Part shown: positions 27,892-41,034 of the stretch, piece after piece | How the letters are laid out: each line of letters begins with the position of its first letter | Numbering within the stretch: position 1 is the first letter of the stretch | Position numbers and translations under genes: made by a program | The notes under the pieces: model-generated | Told to the model about the DNA's origin: nothing | The model's input: the letters and a program-made list of their open reading frames with translations, nothing else | Databases searched by the model: none | Source: the human T2T-CHM13v2.0 reference genome, Homo sapiens | Assembly (NCBI RefSeq): GCF_009914755.1 | Contig: NC_060930.1 | DNA length: 64,000 nucleotides | Strand: one strand, 5' to 3'

Positions 27892-28817
27892 TATGAAAGA
27901 ATAAAAAACACTGAAGTACTCCTATAAGATGTAGAAAATAGTCTCAAAAGGGCAGATCTAAGCATTATTGGCCTTAGGTAACAAATACTTGTGAGGATGT
28001 GGTGAAAGGGAACTCTTGTACACTGTTGATGGGAATGTAAATTAGTACAACCACTATGGAGGACAGCTTGGAGCTTCCTCAAAAAACTAAAAATTGAGCT
28101 TCCATATGATTCAGCAGTTCCACTGCTGGGTATATACACAAAAGAAATGAAATCAGTTTGAAGAGAATCTGCACTCCCTATGTTTGTTGCAGTACTGGTT
28201 ACAATAGCTGAGATTTAGAAGCAACCTAAGTGTCCATCAACCAAGGAATGGATACAGAAAATGTGGTACATATACACAATGAAGTACTATTCAGTCATAA
28301 AAAGAACGAGATCCAGTCATCATTATGTTAAGTGAAATTAGCAAGTCACTGAAAGACAAACATCTCATGTTCTCCCTTATTTGTGGGATCTTAAAAACAA
28401 AAAAATTGAACTCATGGACATAGAGAGTAGAAGGATGGTTAGTAGAGACTGGGAGGGTAGCGGGGACCCAGGGGCAGGTAGAGATGGTTAATGGGTACAA
28501 ATAAAATAGTAGGAATAGAAGGAATGTAAAATAGTAGGAATAGAGGTAACAGTAGAAATAGAAGGAATGATTAAGACCTACTATTTGCTAGCACAATAGG
28601 ATGACTATAGTCAATAATAACTTAATTGTACATTTTAAAATAAAGAGTGTAATTGGATTGTTTGTAACTCAGAAGATAGATGTTCAAGGGGATGGATACC
28701 CCATTCTCCATGATGTGCTTATTTCACGTTGCATTCCTGTATCAAAACATCTCATGTACCCCAAAATATATAGACCTACTATATATTCACAAATTTAAAA
28801 AATAGGAAAAAAATTTG
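27892..28817 (+). mobile_element. L1MA1/2-like insertion: short ORF1 piece fused to ORF2 3' end and 3'UTR
   Basis: GAAAATAGTCTCAAAAGGGCAGATCTAAG (ORF1), then TAACAAATACTTGTGAGGATGTGG (ORF2 end); 3'UTR GGGGATGGATACCCCATTCTCCATGATGTG; TSD AAAnAATACATTT 27879-27891 / 28818-28830. Confidence 0.85.
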
Positions 28818-29849
28818 AAATAATACATTTCATTTTTTTTCTTAGGTGACAATTGCCCCACAAGTTAAGGCATTGTCAAATAGTATTTTTTATGGCTCAA
28901 AATCTGTAATGCAACACAGGGAGGGTTTCTAAGCTCTTCAATCAGAATTATCTAGCAAGCTAAATATGAATATGAACCCAGCCCAATATTTTGCTCATTG
29001 AATTGACAGTACTAGTTTTGGAATTTCAGTTGTAATTGAACTCTGAAGATAATCATTATCAATTTCTTTTCTCCCCACTCTACCCCCTTTTTCTTAGTAT
29101 GAAACTATGAAGAAATGGGGATGACAAATGATAATTGTTTAGGACTATTTTTTTAATAGTCAAAAAAATAAATAAAACTATGTACATTTCATTGGATTAT
29201 GGAAACAGTTACTGTTTAAGTGTTTCTTTTGTGAGTGTCTCTAGTTTACATGTATTCAATTTACAAGTAAATCATTGTGAAAAGAAAGTTGAAAGGATTT
29301 AATAAGATTTTGTTCATGTTAACATGTACAAATAATGTGTTTATATGCATATGCAGGGTACAAATGCATATGTTTATATGTGTATAAACACATAAATAAA
29401 AACAGGAATGATTCAAGCACAGGAATATGAAAGGCTATTATTGTTTTTGGGTGGTGTTTCTTCTCCAAAGAGACAAATAGCTACATTCCACTGAACACCT
29501 GATTTTTCTTTGTGTCATTGTTGTAAATTAACTTGTTGTGATGATCTACATAAAAACTGATGACAAATTATTTTTGAAAAATGTGGACACATTCATCATG
29601 ATCAGTTGTGATCAGCTGGAGTGAAGATATTCTTTGAAAATGAGGTGTTTTAAATTAAGATGCTTAAAAAATACAAATAACAAAAGCCAACTGAGCAAAA
29701 CCTCCAGCTTTTCAGACTTGGTATGTGAATGTGTCCATTTTTAATGAGGAAAATGAGGTCAGCATCAGTTGGGAACTTTCAGGAGAACACAGTGTACTGT
29801 ACCAATTAGTGAGTCTTCTCAGGAGGCCGCAGTGACACAATTCTTTATC

Positions 29850-29868
29850 CTGCTGCCAGGTGGCGCTG
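29850..29868 (+). promoter_or_regulatory. CTCF core motif
   Basis: CTGCTGCCAGGTGGCGCTG matches CCASYAGRKGGCRS at 12/14; retained CpG; non-repeat context. Confidence 0.55.
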
Positions 29869-31289
29869 TGCAGTAGTAGGTACAGTCTTGCACACTGCAT
29901 AAAATGTCTGCTCCTGACATGGCAGTTTAATTGTATTACTAACCTGGTAACTGATTCTACTGGAAGTGTGAAAATAAACTTATTTTCCAAAGTTCCAAAA
30001 TTCTAAATCATCTCTGTATAACTCTAGTTTAATCGGTCTAAATCCTCACTTTCGGTGGCAAGCTTCTGTGCTAGTGAATAAATCTTAAAAGACTAGATAA
30101 AAGACTCATGGTTTCCAAAAGCACTGTCTTTCATTATAACTGGTGCTTATGCCTTATAAACCCTCTGCTTTGAATTTAAATAAAGCAGTATTAAAATAAA
30201 ACTCTTTTGTTGCAATAGAATGCTTTTTACTTTGGAAGAGTTAGACCAGAAGGAATTTAAAGGCAATGAATAGAAGAAATATCTTATAGCATTAGTTTAA
30301 CATGTGTAAGCACACACTTTAATTTTTTTTAAGAAAAGACTTCTATTTAATTTTTTTTTCAAAAAATCTATTTTTGCCCATTTATTCCCCCAAGGATAGT
30401 TACAATCATTCTTAAAATGGTCAACTTTCTGTTTTTTTTTTTCTTTTGACGTGATGTAATTTGGTTCTTTTTCTTTGTTATGATAATGACCTGACTTCAA
30501 AATTACTCTTAAATCAATCTTCAGATAGGAAGTTCCCCAGCCCAATGCAGTTGGCATATATTAGATCCAAAATTATTTTAAATGTTTGATTTATTTGATT
30601 GCCATTACAAATTTAAATCCCCAAATTGTGTAAATGTATAAGGCAAATGTGCTCTTTGAGTGTGAAACACCTATCAGAAATATGATGTTTTGGGTTTTTA
30701 AGAGATGACATTTAAAAAATGTGAACGTTTTTGCAATCTATGTGAAACAGGACAGTTTTTCCTGTTGTCAACCGTATCTTTTCATGTTACAGAGTCATCT
30801 AGGCATTACAATGGTTAACAAAACAGGTGAATTTATAGATGTATCTTGATTGTATTGGTATTTATAAAGTCCCACGGTTTATAGAAAAAATTTCCAGAGA
30901 GAGGGGGCCATATTTAGCTGTAATTATTAAGTTTTTCATGCAAAATTTATTATGGCACTATGAGGAACTCGGAGTAGTATGAATGTGTGAATCAGTTTCA
31001 TAGTGTTTGAAAGGAGAAATATTTTTATTGAATGTTAATTGGTGGGGACATATTTCTTAGAGTGGTTCTTATTGAATATCCATAATATGGTGGGGGTAGT
31101 TGAAATCAACTACCAGTTGGGCAAGAGTTGTGGCTTCAAGGAGATTTTACTTTAATTGATGACAGAAAATTCTATTTTGAAGGGAGTGTCATAGAAATAA
31201 AAGATGCTTATTAAAGAGTTACTGGGAGCAGTATAAATATTTTACAATAAAATGGAAGCTTAGCAAAGTACTGACATATCCCTATAATA

Positions 31290-31600
31290 TGCTACTTTAA
31301 CATCATGTTTTTAAGAATATATAATGGTATGGATAAATGCTCACCATTTATAATTGCAAAAAAAAGGTAGGCTATAAAAGGGCATATAATCTTTCTCCCT
31401 AACAACACACACATACGATAAACCCAATTTCATATTAAATAACAATAAAATATACATTAAAAAGATTTAAATATTTTCATCAAAATGTTAAAAGCAATTT
31501 TTTTTCTGGGTAGTAGGATTTTGAATGACTTTTTTTCTTCACATTTTGTGCTCTGGAAAATTTTCTTCACTACATGTATTATTTTTATGTTATGAAAAAT
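31290..31600 (+). mobile_element. L1ME-type 3' end
   Basis: CAAAATGTTAAAAGCAATT...TCTGGGTAGTAGGATTTTGAATGACTTT...TACATGTATTATTTTTAT. Confidence 0.6.
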
Positions 31601-32029
31601 GCATTTTCTTTTTAAAAAGTAACAAAAATTATAGTATTATGTTCAGAAGTGCAAGATTTTGCACTTTTGCAACAGTTTGCAACATGCAAACATTTTATTG
31701 TCAATATATTTTATGAAACTGATAAAAAAATCTGGTTCTTTGCAATGCTGATATGTAATCTCCTCATTACCCTGAACCTGGGCTAAATTTTTACTCTGCG
31801 ATATCTAACGGGCACTATTTTATATATTCATACCTTTTTAAAGATCTTTAGTTGCAATACATTTTGGATGTCTTGATAAGTAAATTTCTTTTATGTAGTT
31901 TTAAACACAAGCTTAATTTTGCCTTTCCACTGATTCATAATATATAGGCGAGGAGAGACAAAAAGTGGCATGAATAAATGTGCCTAAGGAAATCCTATTA
32001 AATGCTGGTTTCTAGGCTTCATTTTGTAC

Positions 32030-32250
32030 TAATTGGCATCATTTTTCGAGCACTCACTGTGTGCCTGGCATTGTGCTAAGAGCATTTTAAAATACTTTAT
32101 TTCATTCCCATGTTAACTCATGTTTGAGTTCATATTGTTCATATTGTTATTTCTATTTTATAGGCAAGTAATTGGGTCTTGGAAAGCTAATGGTTTACCA
32201 GAGGTCACAGAATCTGAGACTCTTTTTAGACTTAAAAATCTATGCTTTCT
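32030..32250 (-). mobile_element. MIR
   Basis: GAGCACTCACTGTGTGCCTGGCATTGTGCTAAG...GAGGTCACAG. Confidence 0.75.
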
Positions 32251-34016
32251 AATTGTAAATTAATCAGTTGTTTTACCACATAAATTACTTTCTAGGATTT
32301 AATTATTTTCTCATATTTAAAGTATAGGACTTGGATGAGGTTGCGGGGGTAAGAGGGTGGTGCTAAAACTCTTCCTAATAAGAGCTACTTTAAATTTTTC
32401 CAAAATTTTATGTTTGTATTTGGGGCTAAACCAAGTGTACTGATTAACAAGTTGTTGAGAGTGAAAAAAGCTTGGAAATTGAACAGATAGGTATACTTTT
32501 TACATTGTTAGTAGATAGGAAGTGACTGTCTAAGATCTCTGGATCCTCTAGGGAACTTTCAGACAATACTAGTTAGTGATTCTCATGTACCTTTTACTGG
32601 CCAAAATATATGTTAGTTAGCCTTCTGTTTTTTTAAAAAATGTTTGAGGTCTGTTTTAAAGAGTGTCTGTAAGAAGGATATAGCAGTAATAAGAAGGATT
32701 AGTTACAAGTAGGTAAGGGCAGAATTATTTATTTGTTACAAAAAGTCCAATAACGTTTAAAGGCAATGATTGTCAGGTTAGAAAACAATTCATCATAGTG
32801 AAAAAAGTAATGCAATGAAAGGAGAAATAATAGAATCTCATAATGGGAGAATAGACTCTATATTTGAAAATATTTTGCTGAGAGCACCCTGATACCAGGA
32901 ACAGATGAAGTGAGTGACCTCACAGGGCTTTTCTAATTTCTGTGATTCCGTAACGGAGCACTCTGAAGGTACCTTGCTTATGACATTTCTGGATTTACAT
33001 TTTACCACATAATGAACTGCTGAATGATTTTGGTTGAAACAGTTTCCATATTATTGGACGAGTCACCTCATTATTGAATGGAACAACTTCACAAAGATTA
33101 AAACTGGAACTTGACTATAATGATTTTCTAAGTTCATTTTATAATCAGTGATGCAATGCTTCATATTCATATTCATAAATATAAAAGGTTTTGGGGACTC
33201 TACATGTCAATATCATATGCCATTAAACTTATGCAATTTATTTTTATAAAATACAAAAAATGACCAGAATGATATGGAAACTATAGAGTGCATATTTCCT
33301 TTTTATTAGTACTTTTTTCCTCCCATCTCATACAGCGCCCAATTTAGGGCAAAGACAAAACGAAAGTGTATCTTGAATATGCATCACAGGTTCCAAAAAT
33401 GAAAAGAAATTGGATTTGGATAGCACTTACTCAATAGACAGATATGATACATGGTAAGAAGGTGCACTGTCTGCCCTGTGATAGATTAAACTACTTTGTA
33501 GGAAAATTACTGTGAGCCAGTCACCACCACCACCGTGGCTAAATCTTTAATAAAATTCTCTTCCATATTCAGGAGTGAGGTATGAAGTACACAATAAGCA
33601 AAGTGAAGTAGAGTGCCATTTATCAAACACCGACCAGGTCTGTAATCTTCTGCTTTATCCTTTCTTTGTACTTTATTTCTTTATTGTTACAAGGAGGGAT
33701 ATTTACCCAGAGCAGTGGGCATGAAGCCCTGATAAACCTCCTCCTTCCTGTCTTTCCCCTTTTCTTACTCCTTTTCGTCAGCCTTGTCAGTATAATTTGT
33801 TTCCTTCTAGGTGGTCTTTTGCTTGTTTGGCATTCTTTTTTCTCTTCTTTTCTCTGCCTTTCTTTGAAATGTGCATTCATGATATGGGAAATGACACCAA
33901 AACTACAGGAAAATGCAATGGGAATGCTAACAACTACAATGAAGGACTGTCCAGGATGCATTCGGTAATGACTTTGAATGCCTCTTGGCAAGATAGCAGT
34001 ATTAAAATGTTGTAGA

Positions 34017-34035
34017 CAGCCCCTGGGTGGCAGTG
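34017..34035 (+). promoter_or_regulatory. CTCF-like motif
   Basis: CAGCCCCTGGGTGGCAGTG, 12/14 match to the core consensus. Confidence 0.35.
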
Positions 34036-34082
34036 CACAGCCGGTCCTGATGCCATCAAAAGCATTTTCAAAGTAAAGATTT

Positions 34083-34305
34083 TATATGTGGGTGTATGTG
34101 TATATGTGTAATATATATATGTATGTAATATATATGTTATATATGATGTATGTATGTATATGTAATATATGTATGTTTCTATATATGACATGAGTATGTG
34201 TTATATGTATATTTGTGTGTGATATATATACATGTATCTATGATGTAGATATGTAATATGTTGTATAAAATATAAGTATATTTTATTATATATATACACA
34301 CACAA
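34083..34305. repeat. (TA)/(TATG) low-complexity tract
   Basis: Directly visible. Confidence 0.9.
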
Positions 34306-34901
34306 TGCATTTTTACCCAGCTGCTCCCAAACTAAAGAATTTAAAAGTAGCTTTCTATTTGAAAGATACAAATGCTCTATCTAATTTATCTCTTATTTCT
34401 TAAGTACAATAATGATAATTTTGCTAAAAATGATTTTCATGTTTAAAAATCATATACTGAAAAGGTCCTAGATATTCTGGCCATGTGATAATGTCTGAAA
34501 TGTCTTTGAAACCATGCAGATATAGGTACAGATGCAGAAGCGTCTAGAGGGTAGTGAGAATGTGGCTGGAGGTATTTTGTGCCCCTCAATCTGCACACTG
34601 CCAGTCTATACAGCAGCCTTGGGGGTAAATTATTTTTAGTACTATTATAACCCTTTTTTATTGTTTGAATAGCAGTTTTATGACAAAACATTTATAGTCA
34701 GGCTGTCTTTGTACTTGACTGAAAGAGAGCAATCATGGAGAGTGATAAGGCAACAATGGTAATGATAACTGCATTTATAAAGATGTACAGAATTTAAATG
34801 GGTGTGCTAAAATAGACTGGCGGTAGTTCTCTATCTGTACTTGGAGCAGAGATGGGCACAATTCTTGTGGCAGAGATGCTTTTGTTATTTGGGGCAGATG
34901 A

Positions 34902-34960
34902 CAGAGAGAGAGAGAGTGTGTGTGTGTGTGTGTGTGCGTGCATGCACACACATGTGCATG
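34902..34960. repeat. (GA)n(GT)n compound microsatellite
   Basis: Directly visible. Confidence 0.9.
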
Positions 34961-35679
34961 CTTTCCTTTGTCATTGTTTCTTCCTTTCAGTTAAATGCAC
35001 CTGATATGTAGTTGTAGGGTTAGTAATAACAAACAGATAAATATCCTATATTCAGATTGACAATTATCATGATTTTGTGAGATTATGATAAAATGCAACT
35101 GCATTTCTGCATAAACTATTCAACTGAAGTATTAGTTCTTTAAAAATTATGATTATTTGCTCTTATCTAGCATTGGTCTATTTCTCTGTCTCTTGAGAAT
35201 CTACCTCTCATGAAAAATTGATAATTTTCTCTGAGAAGGAGAGGAGGATGGAGGGGAGGGTGCTGTATCTCAAAACATAATTCAAGAGTGAGAGTTTATT
35301 CTGTCTGCTTGGTACCAATGGTTTTCATATATTTTTACAGTTTCATCAATTTTCTTTATTTCTAATGTTCTGACCATAAGTAAAAGTGAAGCTTCTTCAG
35401 GTCCAGTTACATTCCTTTGTTTCTTTTTTAATTTTTAGATATTTTGTAGCATTAACATAATGATATAACATAATAAAAAGGGTTGACATTGTACAATTGC
35501 CTTGTGCTCTACATAAAACTAAAACCATACAATGTGGGTTAGAAATAGTATCTTCTCTTCACAAGGTATCCCCAAGGTCTCTTAAAATCAGCCATACATT
35601 GCTGAAGTCTATATTTTGTCTTCCTTGGCCCACTCTCCTCTTCAGCAAAGTTAATAACTTCTATCATGAAGGGAAAAAA

Positions 35680-36130
35680 TCAATTTATTTGTGTCCTACC
35701 TTGTTTCAAAAAGAAATTAAGGTGACTTACAAAGATACATAAAATAGATTTAAAACTAAGTGAGGGAAATGAAAGCCAAAGGAAAGCCAGAGAAGGAGGG
35801 AAGGGTGGAGAAAAGAGTAACTGTGGAACCAAATGCCTATTGTGAACCCCTATGTGCCTGTGAGACTTGGGCTGCAGATTTAGGTTTTAGCTCTCTAGCA
35901 GCCAATACAAAGATGGAAACAATTCCAAGATACACAGAGTCAACATCAAGAGAATAAATAGATTTCTCAGGAGATATGCAACTATTTCAGGGTATTCAGG
36001 CTTATAGGAAATTTATCTCCTGGGTTGTAATAGAACACTGTGTAATCCCAGGAAATATGTTTCTTAACTATAGCCTATGGTAAACACACGTGTAAGTATA
36101 ATAAAAACTAGTTGTAGCATCTTGAGAAAG
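35680..36130 (-). mobile_element. Probable ancient LINE (L2d-like) 3' region
   Basis: CCTACCTTGTTTCAAAAAGAAATTAAGGTGACTTACAAAG recalls an old L2-class terminus; family uncertain. Confidence 0.35.
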
Positions 36131-36159
36131 CAAAAGTCAGTGAAAGCAAGTCTAAAGTT

Positions 36160-36380
36160 TATTCATTCAGTAGTCATCTATTTAATGTGTCCTCTGTATT
36201 CTGCAACAGGCAGGAAATGGAACAGTAGAATAGTAGTGAGCAAGAGCCATAGCCTCCTGCCCTCATCAAACTTACAATTTTTTACTGAAACTGACATCGA
36301 CAAATTAGTTATGTGTGTGATGAAAAATCCTGCAAGTGATGAGAAGGAGAAGACTCAGCTTAGGTCTCGTAGTCTAACCT
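36160..36380 (-). mobile_element. L2 3' end
   Basis: ATTCATTCAGTAGTCATCTATTTAATG...TAGTGAGCAAGA...CCTGCCCTCATCAAACTTACA. Confidence 0.65.
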
Positions 36381-36451
36381 AATCATCAGGTAGATATCAC
36401 AAAAACTGGAGCTACATACAATGTAGGCAGCTGTATACAAATGGCACTTCT

Positions 36452-37737
36452 TTTTTAAAATAAAATTTATTTTAGGTTTGGAGGTACATGTGCAGGTTTG
36501 TTACATAGGTAAACTCATGCCATGAGGGGTCGATGTACAGATTATTTCATCACCCAGGTACTAAGCCTGGTACCCATTAGTTATTTTTTCGGCTCCTCTC
36601 ACTACTCCTACCCTCCGTTCTCAAGTAGGCCCCGGTGTTTGTTGTTCCCTTCTTTGTGTTCATAAGTTCTCATCATTTAGCTTCCACTTATAAGTGAGAA
36701 CATGTTGTATTTGGTTTTCAGTTCCTTCATTAGTTTGCTAAGGATAATGGCCTCCAGCTCCATCCATGTCCCTGAGAAGGAAATGATCTCATTCTTTTCT
36801 GTGGCTGCATGGTATTTCATGGTGTGTATGTACCACGTTTTGTTTATCCAATCTGTCATTGATGGGCATTTAGGTTGATTCCACATATTTGCTATTGTGA
36901 ATAGTGCTGCAATGAATATTCATATGCATGTGTCTTTATAGTGGAATGATTTATATTCCTCTGCAGATATACCTAGTAGTGGAATTGCTGGGTCTAATGG
37001 TGGTTCTGTTTTCAGCAATTTGAGGAATTGCCACACTGCTTTCCACAATGGTTGACCTAATTTATACTCCCACAAACAGTATATAAGTGTTCCCTCCTTT
37101 TTTTTTTACAACCTCTCCAGCTTCTGTTATTTTTTGATTTTTTAAATAATAGCCATTCTGACTGATGTAAGATGGTATCTCATTGTGGTTTTTATTTGCA
37201 TTTCTCTAATGATCAGTGATATTGAGCTTTTTTTCATATGCTTGTTGGCCACATGTGTCTTTTTCAGAAAAGTGTCTGTTCATTCTTTTGCCCACTTTTT
37301 AATGGGGTGGTTTGTTTTTTCCTACAAATTTGTTTAAGTTCCTTATAGATGCTGAATAAACAAGCAATGGGGAAAGGGGTCCCTATTTAATAAAATTGTG
37401 CTGGGATAACTGGTTAGCCATAAGCAGACGATTGAAACTGGACCCCTTCCTTATACCATATACAAAAATCAACTCAAGATGGATTAAAGACTTAAATGCA
37501 AAACCTAAAACTATAAAGACCCTGGAAGGCAACCTAGGCAACACCATCCTGTACATAGGAATGGGGGCAAGGATTTTATGACAAAGACGCCAAAAGCAAT
37601 TGCAACAAAAGAAATAATTGATCTAATGCGACCTAATTAAACTTAAGAGCTTCTGCACAGCAAAAGAAACTATCAACAGAGTAAACAGAGAACCCACAGA
37701 ATGAGAGAAACTATTTGCAAACTGTGCATCTGACAAA
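36452..37737 (-). mobile_element. L1PA (L1PA13-like) with 5' inversion
   Basis: Minus 3' segment 36452-37354 plus a plus-strand ORF2 segment 37355-37737 ([18 protein letters not shown]); TSD CAAATGGCACTTCT 36438-36451 / CAAATAGCATTTCT 37734-37747. Confidence 0.92.
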
Positions 37738-40700
37738 TAGCATTTCTATGAATGCAGCTTTTAATTTGTGTGCGGTAGTGGTGAGTTCAAGATGTACTTC
37801 CTGACAAGTCTGAAAAGTTCACTTTTTCTGGGTTGCCAGTTGAGAACAAAGCCACATGCCTCAGGAATCAGTTGAGCTTTTGCTAGAAAGACAAGAAAAA
37901 TTGAGAGAATTTCATATTTAACCATATTCATTTGCCTACATGAAGGAGAAAAGAAAGAAATGTTTATATTTGCATTTTGGCCGCCTAATTCTCCCATTAT
38001 GAGTCTCTTATCTTGCAATGTGTTTAGTCTTTTCTTTAGTGTTTATTTGTGGAGTGTAACTCACATACTAACCTATATCTTTAGAATTTTTAAACAGATT
38101 TTCTTTCAACAGTCACTGTTAAAACCATGCTTCAGAAAAGAAATTTTTTAGAAGGCATGGTTATCTTCCAGGAAACACATACATCTATTTGAAAAATAGA
38201 ATTTTATGACATCAAGGAATTTATTTTTCATTAATCATATAATTGGATTGTAAATGCTCTTGTTGTGTTCCTATTTAAGTTGTTATTAATAGTATTGAGC
38301 AGTTTCACTTTAAAATATGGAAATACAACATTTCAAGCAATCTATCTTTTTGGTTCCATGTGTCTCCAAGAATGGTCTTGTTTGTTTAGCTTTTAAATTC
38401 TTTTTACAGATCCATAATTAGCTCTCTTCAAATGATTTGTTTGTTCCTCTTTTGGAACTGTTTGTGAAAACAGTGGGGAGGGAGGAGAAAGATGTCTAGT
38501 AAAATGATGATGAATCCAGTATTATGATAAAAAGACGAAAAAAAAAAACCTCCCAGCAAATTCTGGCTTCGTGGTAAGATACAAAGAACACCTGGTCTTT
38601 GGTAACCAGTTTTGGATGATCAGGTCATGTTAACTTATCAGGAAGACAGTTGCTGTTTAGCATGAGATTGTTTACCAACATGGAAGGGATTTGGCAACTT
38701 CTCTCAGAAAGTAATTCTCAAGCCTATTTTGATTAGCAACCCTCCTATCCTGCCTTACCTATATATACAGGCCCTGCAGTGATATTGAGCACTCCTCCTC
38801 CTTTTTTTCCACATTCTATTGTCTTATTTGCTCCAAAGTAATGGAATAAATAAATAATCTTTATTACGATTAATTTGAATTTAGAGAGTTTAGAAGAGCT
38901 CTGTGTGGAATAATGGAACTCATCTCCTACACACTGACATATTAGAGGAACCAGAATATCTTTCTTTAAAGTGGATTTGCCTATGAGACGTGGGGATAGG
39001 AGATAAGCAATAGTTTCATCTCTTCTCTGAGTAATCCAGAAATCTCATGATCTTCAAAATATTCCTAAAAAGAAGTCACCGTGCTGTTCTCCATCCATCT
39101 CCAGACCCCACCACCATCCCCAGCTTTAAGCTACATGAGAAATACAAAGCATTTGTCCTCCTTTCCTCTCAGAAAAAGAAAAATAAGCCACAGAAATAAT
39201 AACATTATTTTTTATACTTTTACAGCCTGACTATGGGAGATCCAACTCATTTGACTTTGACTGCTCCTTGAGAAATAACAACAAAAAAGATATTTCATAA
39301 AAGATATTTTACCCCTGAGTCATTCTAGTTAATGTTTATTTTCTAATGTATGTCTCTCGGGGTTTAAAAACAGTGATACAGAGGTGCATCCAAAAATTAT
39401 AGAAATGCCTTTAGACTTGGTAGAGATGGCCATGCATAAAATTAAGCAAAAACCTGAAACTCCTCTTATTGTTGCCTAATGTTATCTATTGCATGTAGCC
39501 AGTATTAATTCTTCATGGAGCTCTGGTTTCACAGCATATATAAAACTATGGTTTAAAATGGGTAAGTGGACTTTACAACTACCTGAAGCTTATATCCATT
39601 CTTAAAAATGAAGGATGTCTCTATGGCATAATACTGGTTTATTTGAACATTAGAGATTCCAGTTTAAACTTAAGCATAATTAGTTATACTATAACACTAA
39701 GCAAGTTTTCTTCTAGTTGGCAGGTTACTTTCAGATACATAATGACAAAAATAGATTTGTTTCTTTATGTCCCTTTATTTCTTCCTTAGCTTCCCTAACA
39801 AAAGCTTTTTGGCAAGACAGAATCCAATAGGACATATTTCCTTTTAGACCTCATTGAGAAAGACTTAAGTGTTAACCACATTAGGGCATTGAGAAATAAT
39901 ACACATTAGGTATAAGAAGGGGAAAAATCAAATAACAAGAATAAAGAAAGATGAACTAAAGAAAGTGATAAAGAGGGAAGAGAAACAGGAAAGTGCTCTC
40001 AATCTAATTAAAAAGCAAAAGCTTCAATACAGCATTGTATTTCAAAGCAGATACATTTCTTCATGGACATATATTTTAATTTTTGATAAAGGAGATGATG
40101 TTAAAAACTCTAAAGACTTTTTTGTCAGGTAAGAAATGTTGCCCTACAAAATGGGATTTAGTAACTAACTTTTGACTCAAAATAAGATGTTCACAAAATA
40201 AGAAATGATTGGAAATAGCCTCACTCTAAGGGGGAAAATCTGCCTGTTTATCTATTTTGAGAAGTAGCAGTAGTTGTTACATTTCAGACGTTCTTTCCTA
40301 AAGAATATAATTGTAAAGATGTTGCAGATAAGAGATTTTTATCTCTTCAAGTTTATCTATGCAACTTGTCTGCAACATCTTTACTATGATAAAAATCTCC
40401 CCCTCTTCTCACCGTTTTTTTTTTTTTTTTGAGGATAAAAGTTTTATCTTGTGGCCAGAAAGACAGTTCTTTTATGTCCAACTTAGTTGATAACCAAAAA
40501 CAGTGTTTTAAGCTCAGTAGGGTCAATTCCATAAAGGGATATGGAATTACCAAGTAGCAGGTACTTATGGATATTAAGTACATCAGTTTCTCTTTTCCAT
40601 CTCTGTCTTTTCTTTGTTACAATGATGTCTGCATGCCCTTTTTATGTACTATTGTGATATGATGTTGGCTCCCAAGAGATGATGCTATAATAGGCAACAT

Positions 40701-41034
40701 GGCAGCATGCAGTGTGCTTTCCAGGAATACCCTGTGTTTACATCTCTAAATGCTACATTGAAATTGTAATCCCAATAGTTCTGTGAGATTAATTTGTCTA
40801 CTGTGTACAATACATTAGCAACATCAATTCTGGGTAGCTGTCTGGTAGGGATTGTTAATGACCGTACTCAGCTGTGGCTCTCAAAAAGTCACAATATTTA
40901 GCAAAGATTTTACAGAGTGAATTCTTCACCTTCCTGCTAACTATGATGGTTAGGTAGAAGTGATAGTGTTATGGGAGGATAGGTAAAAGTTTAATAATAC
41001 ACTTTCACTTATATCTAATCCAAATAGAATTATA

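Noticed and set aside
33623-33991. 122-aa basic ORF on the minus strand
   Set aside because: Non-ATG start; K/R/E richness simply mirrors the + strand pyrimidine tract; no recognisable homology.
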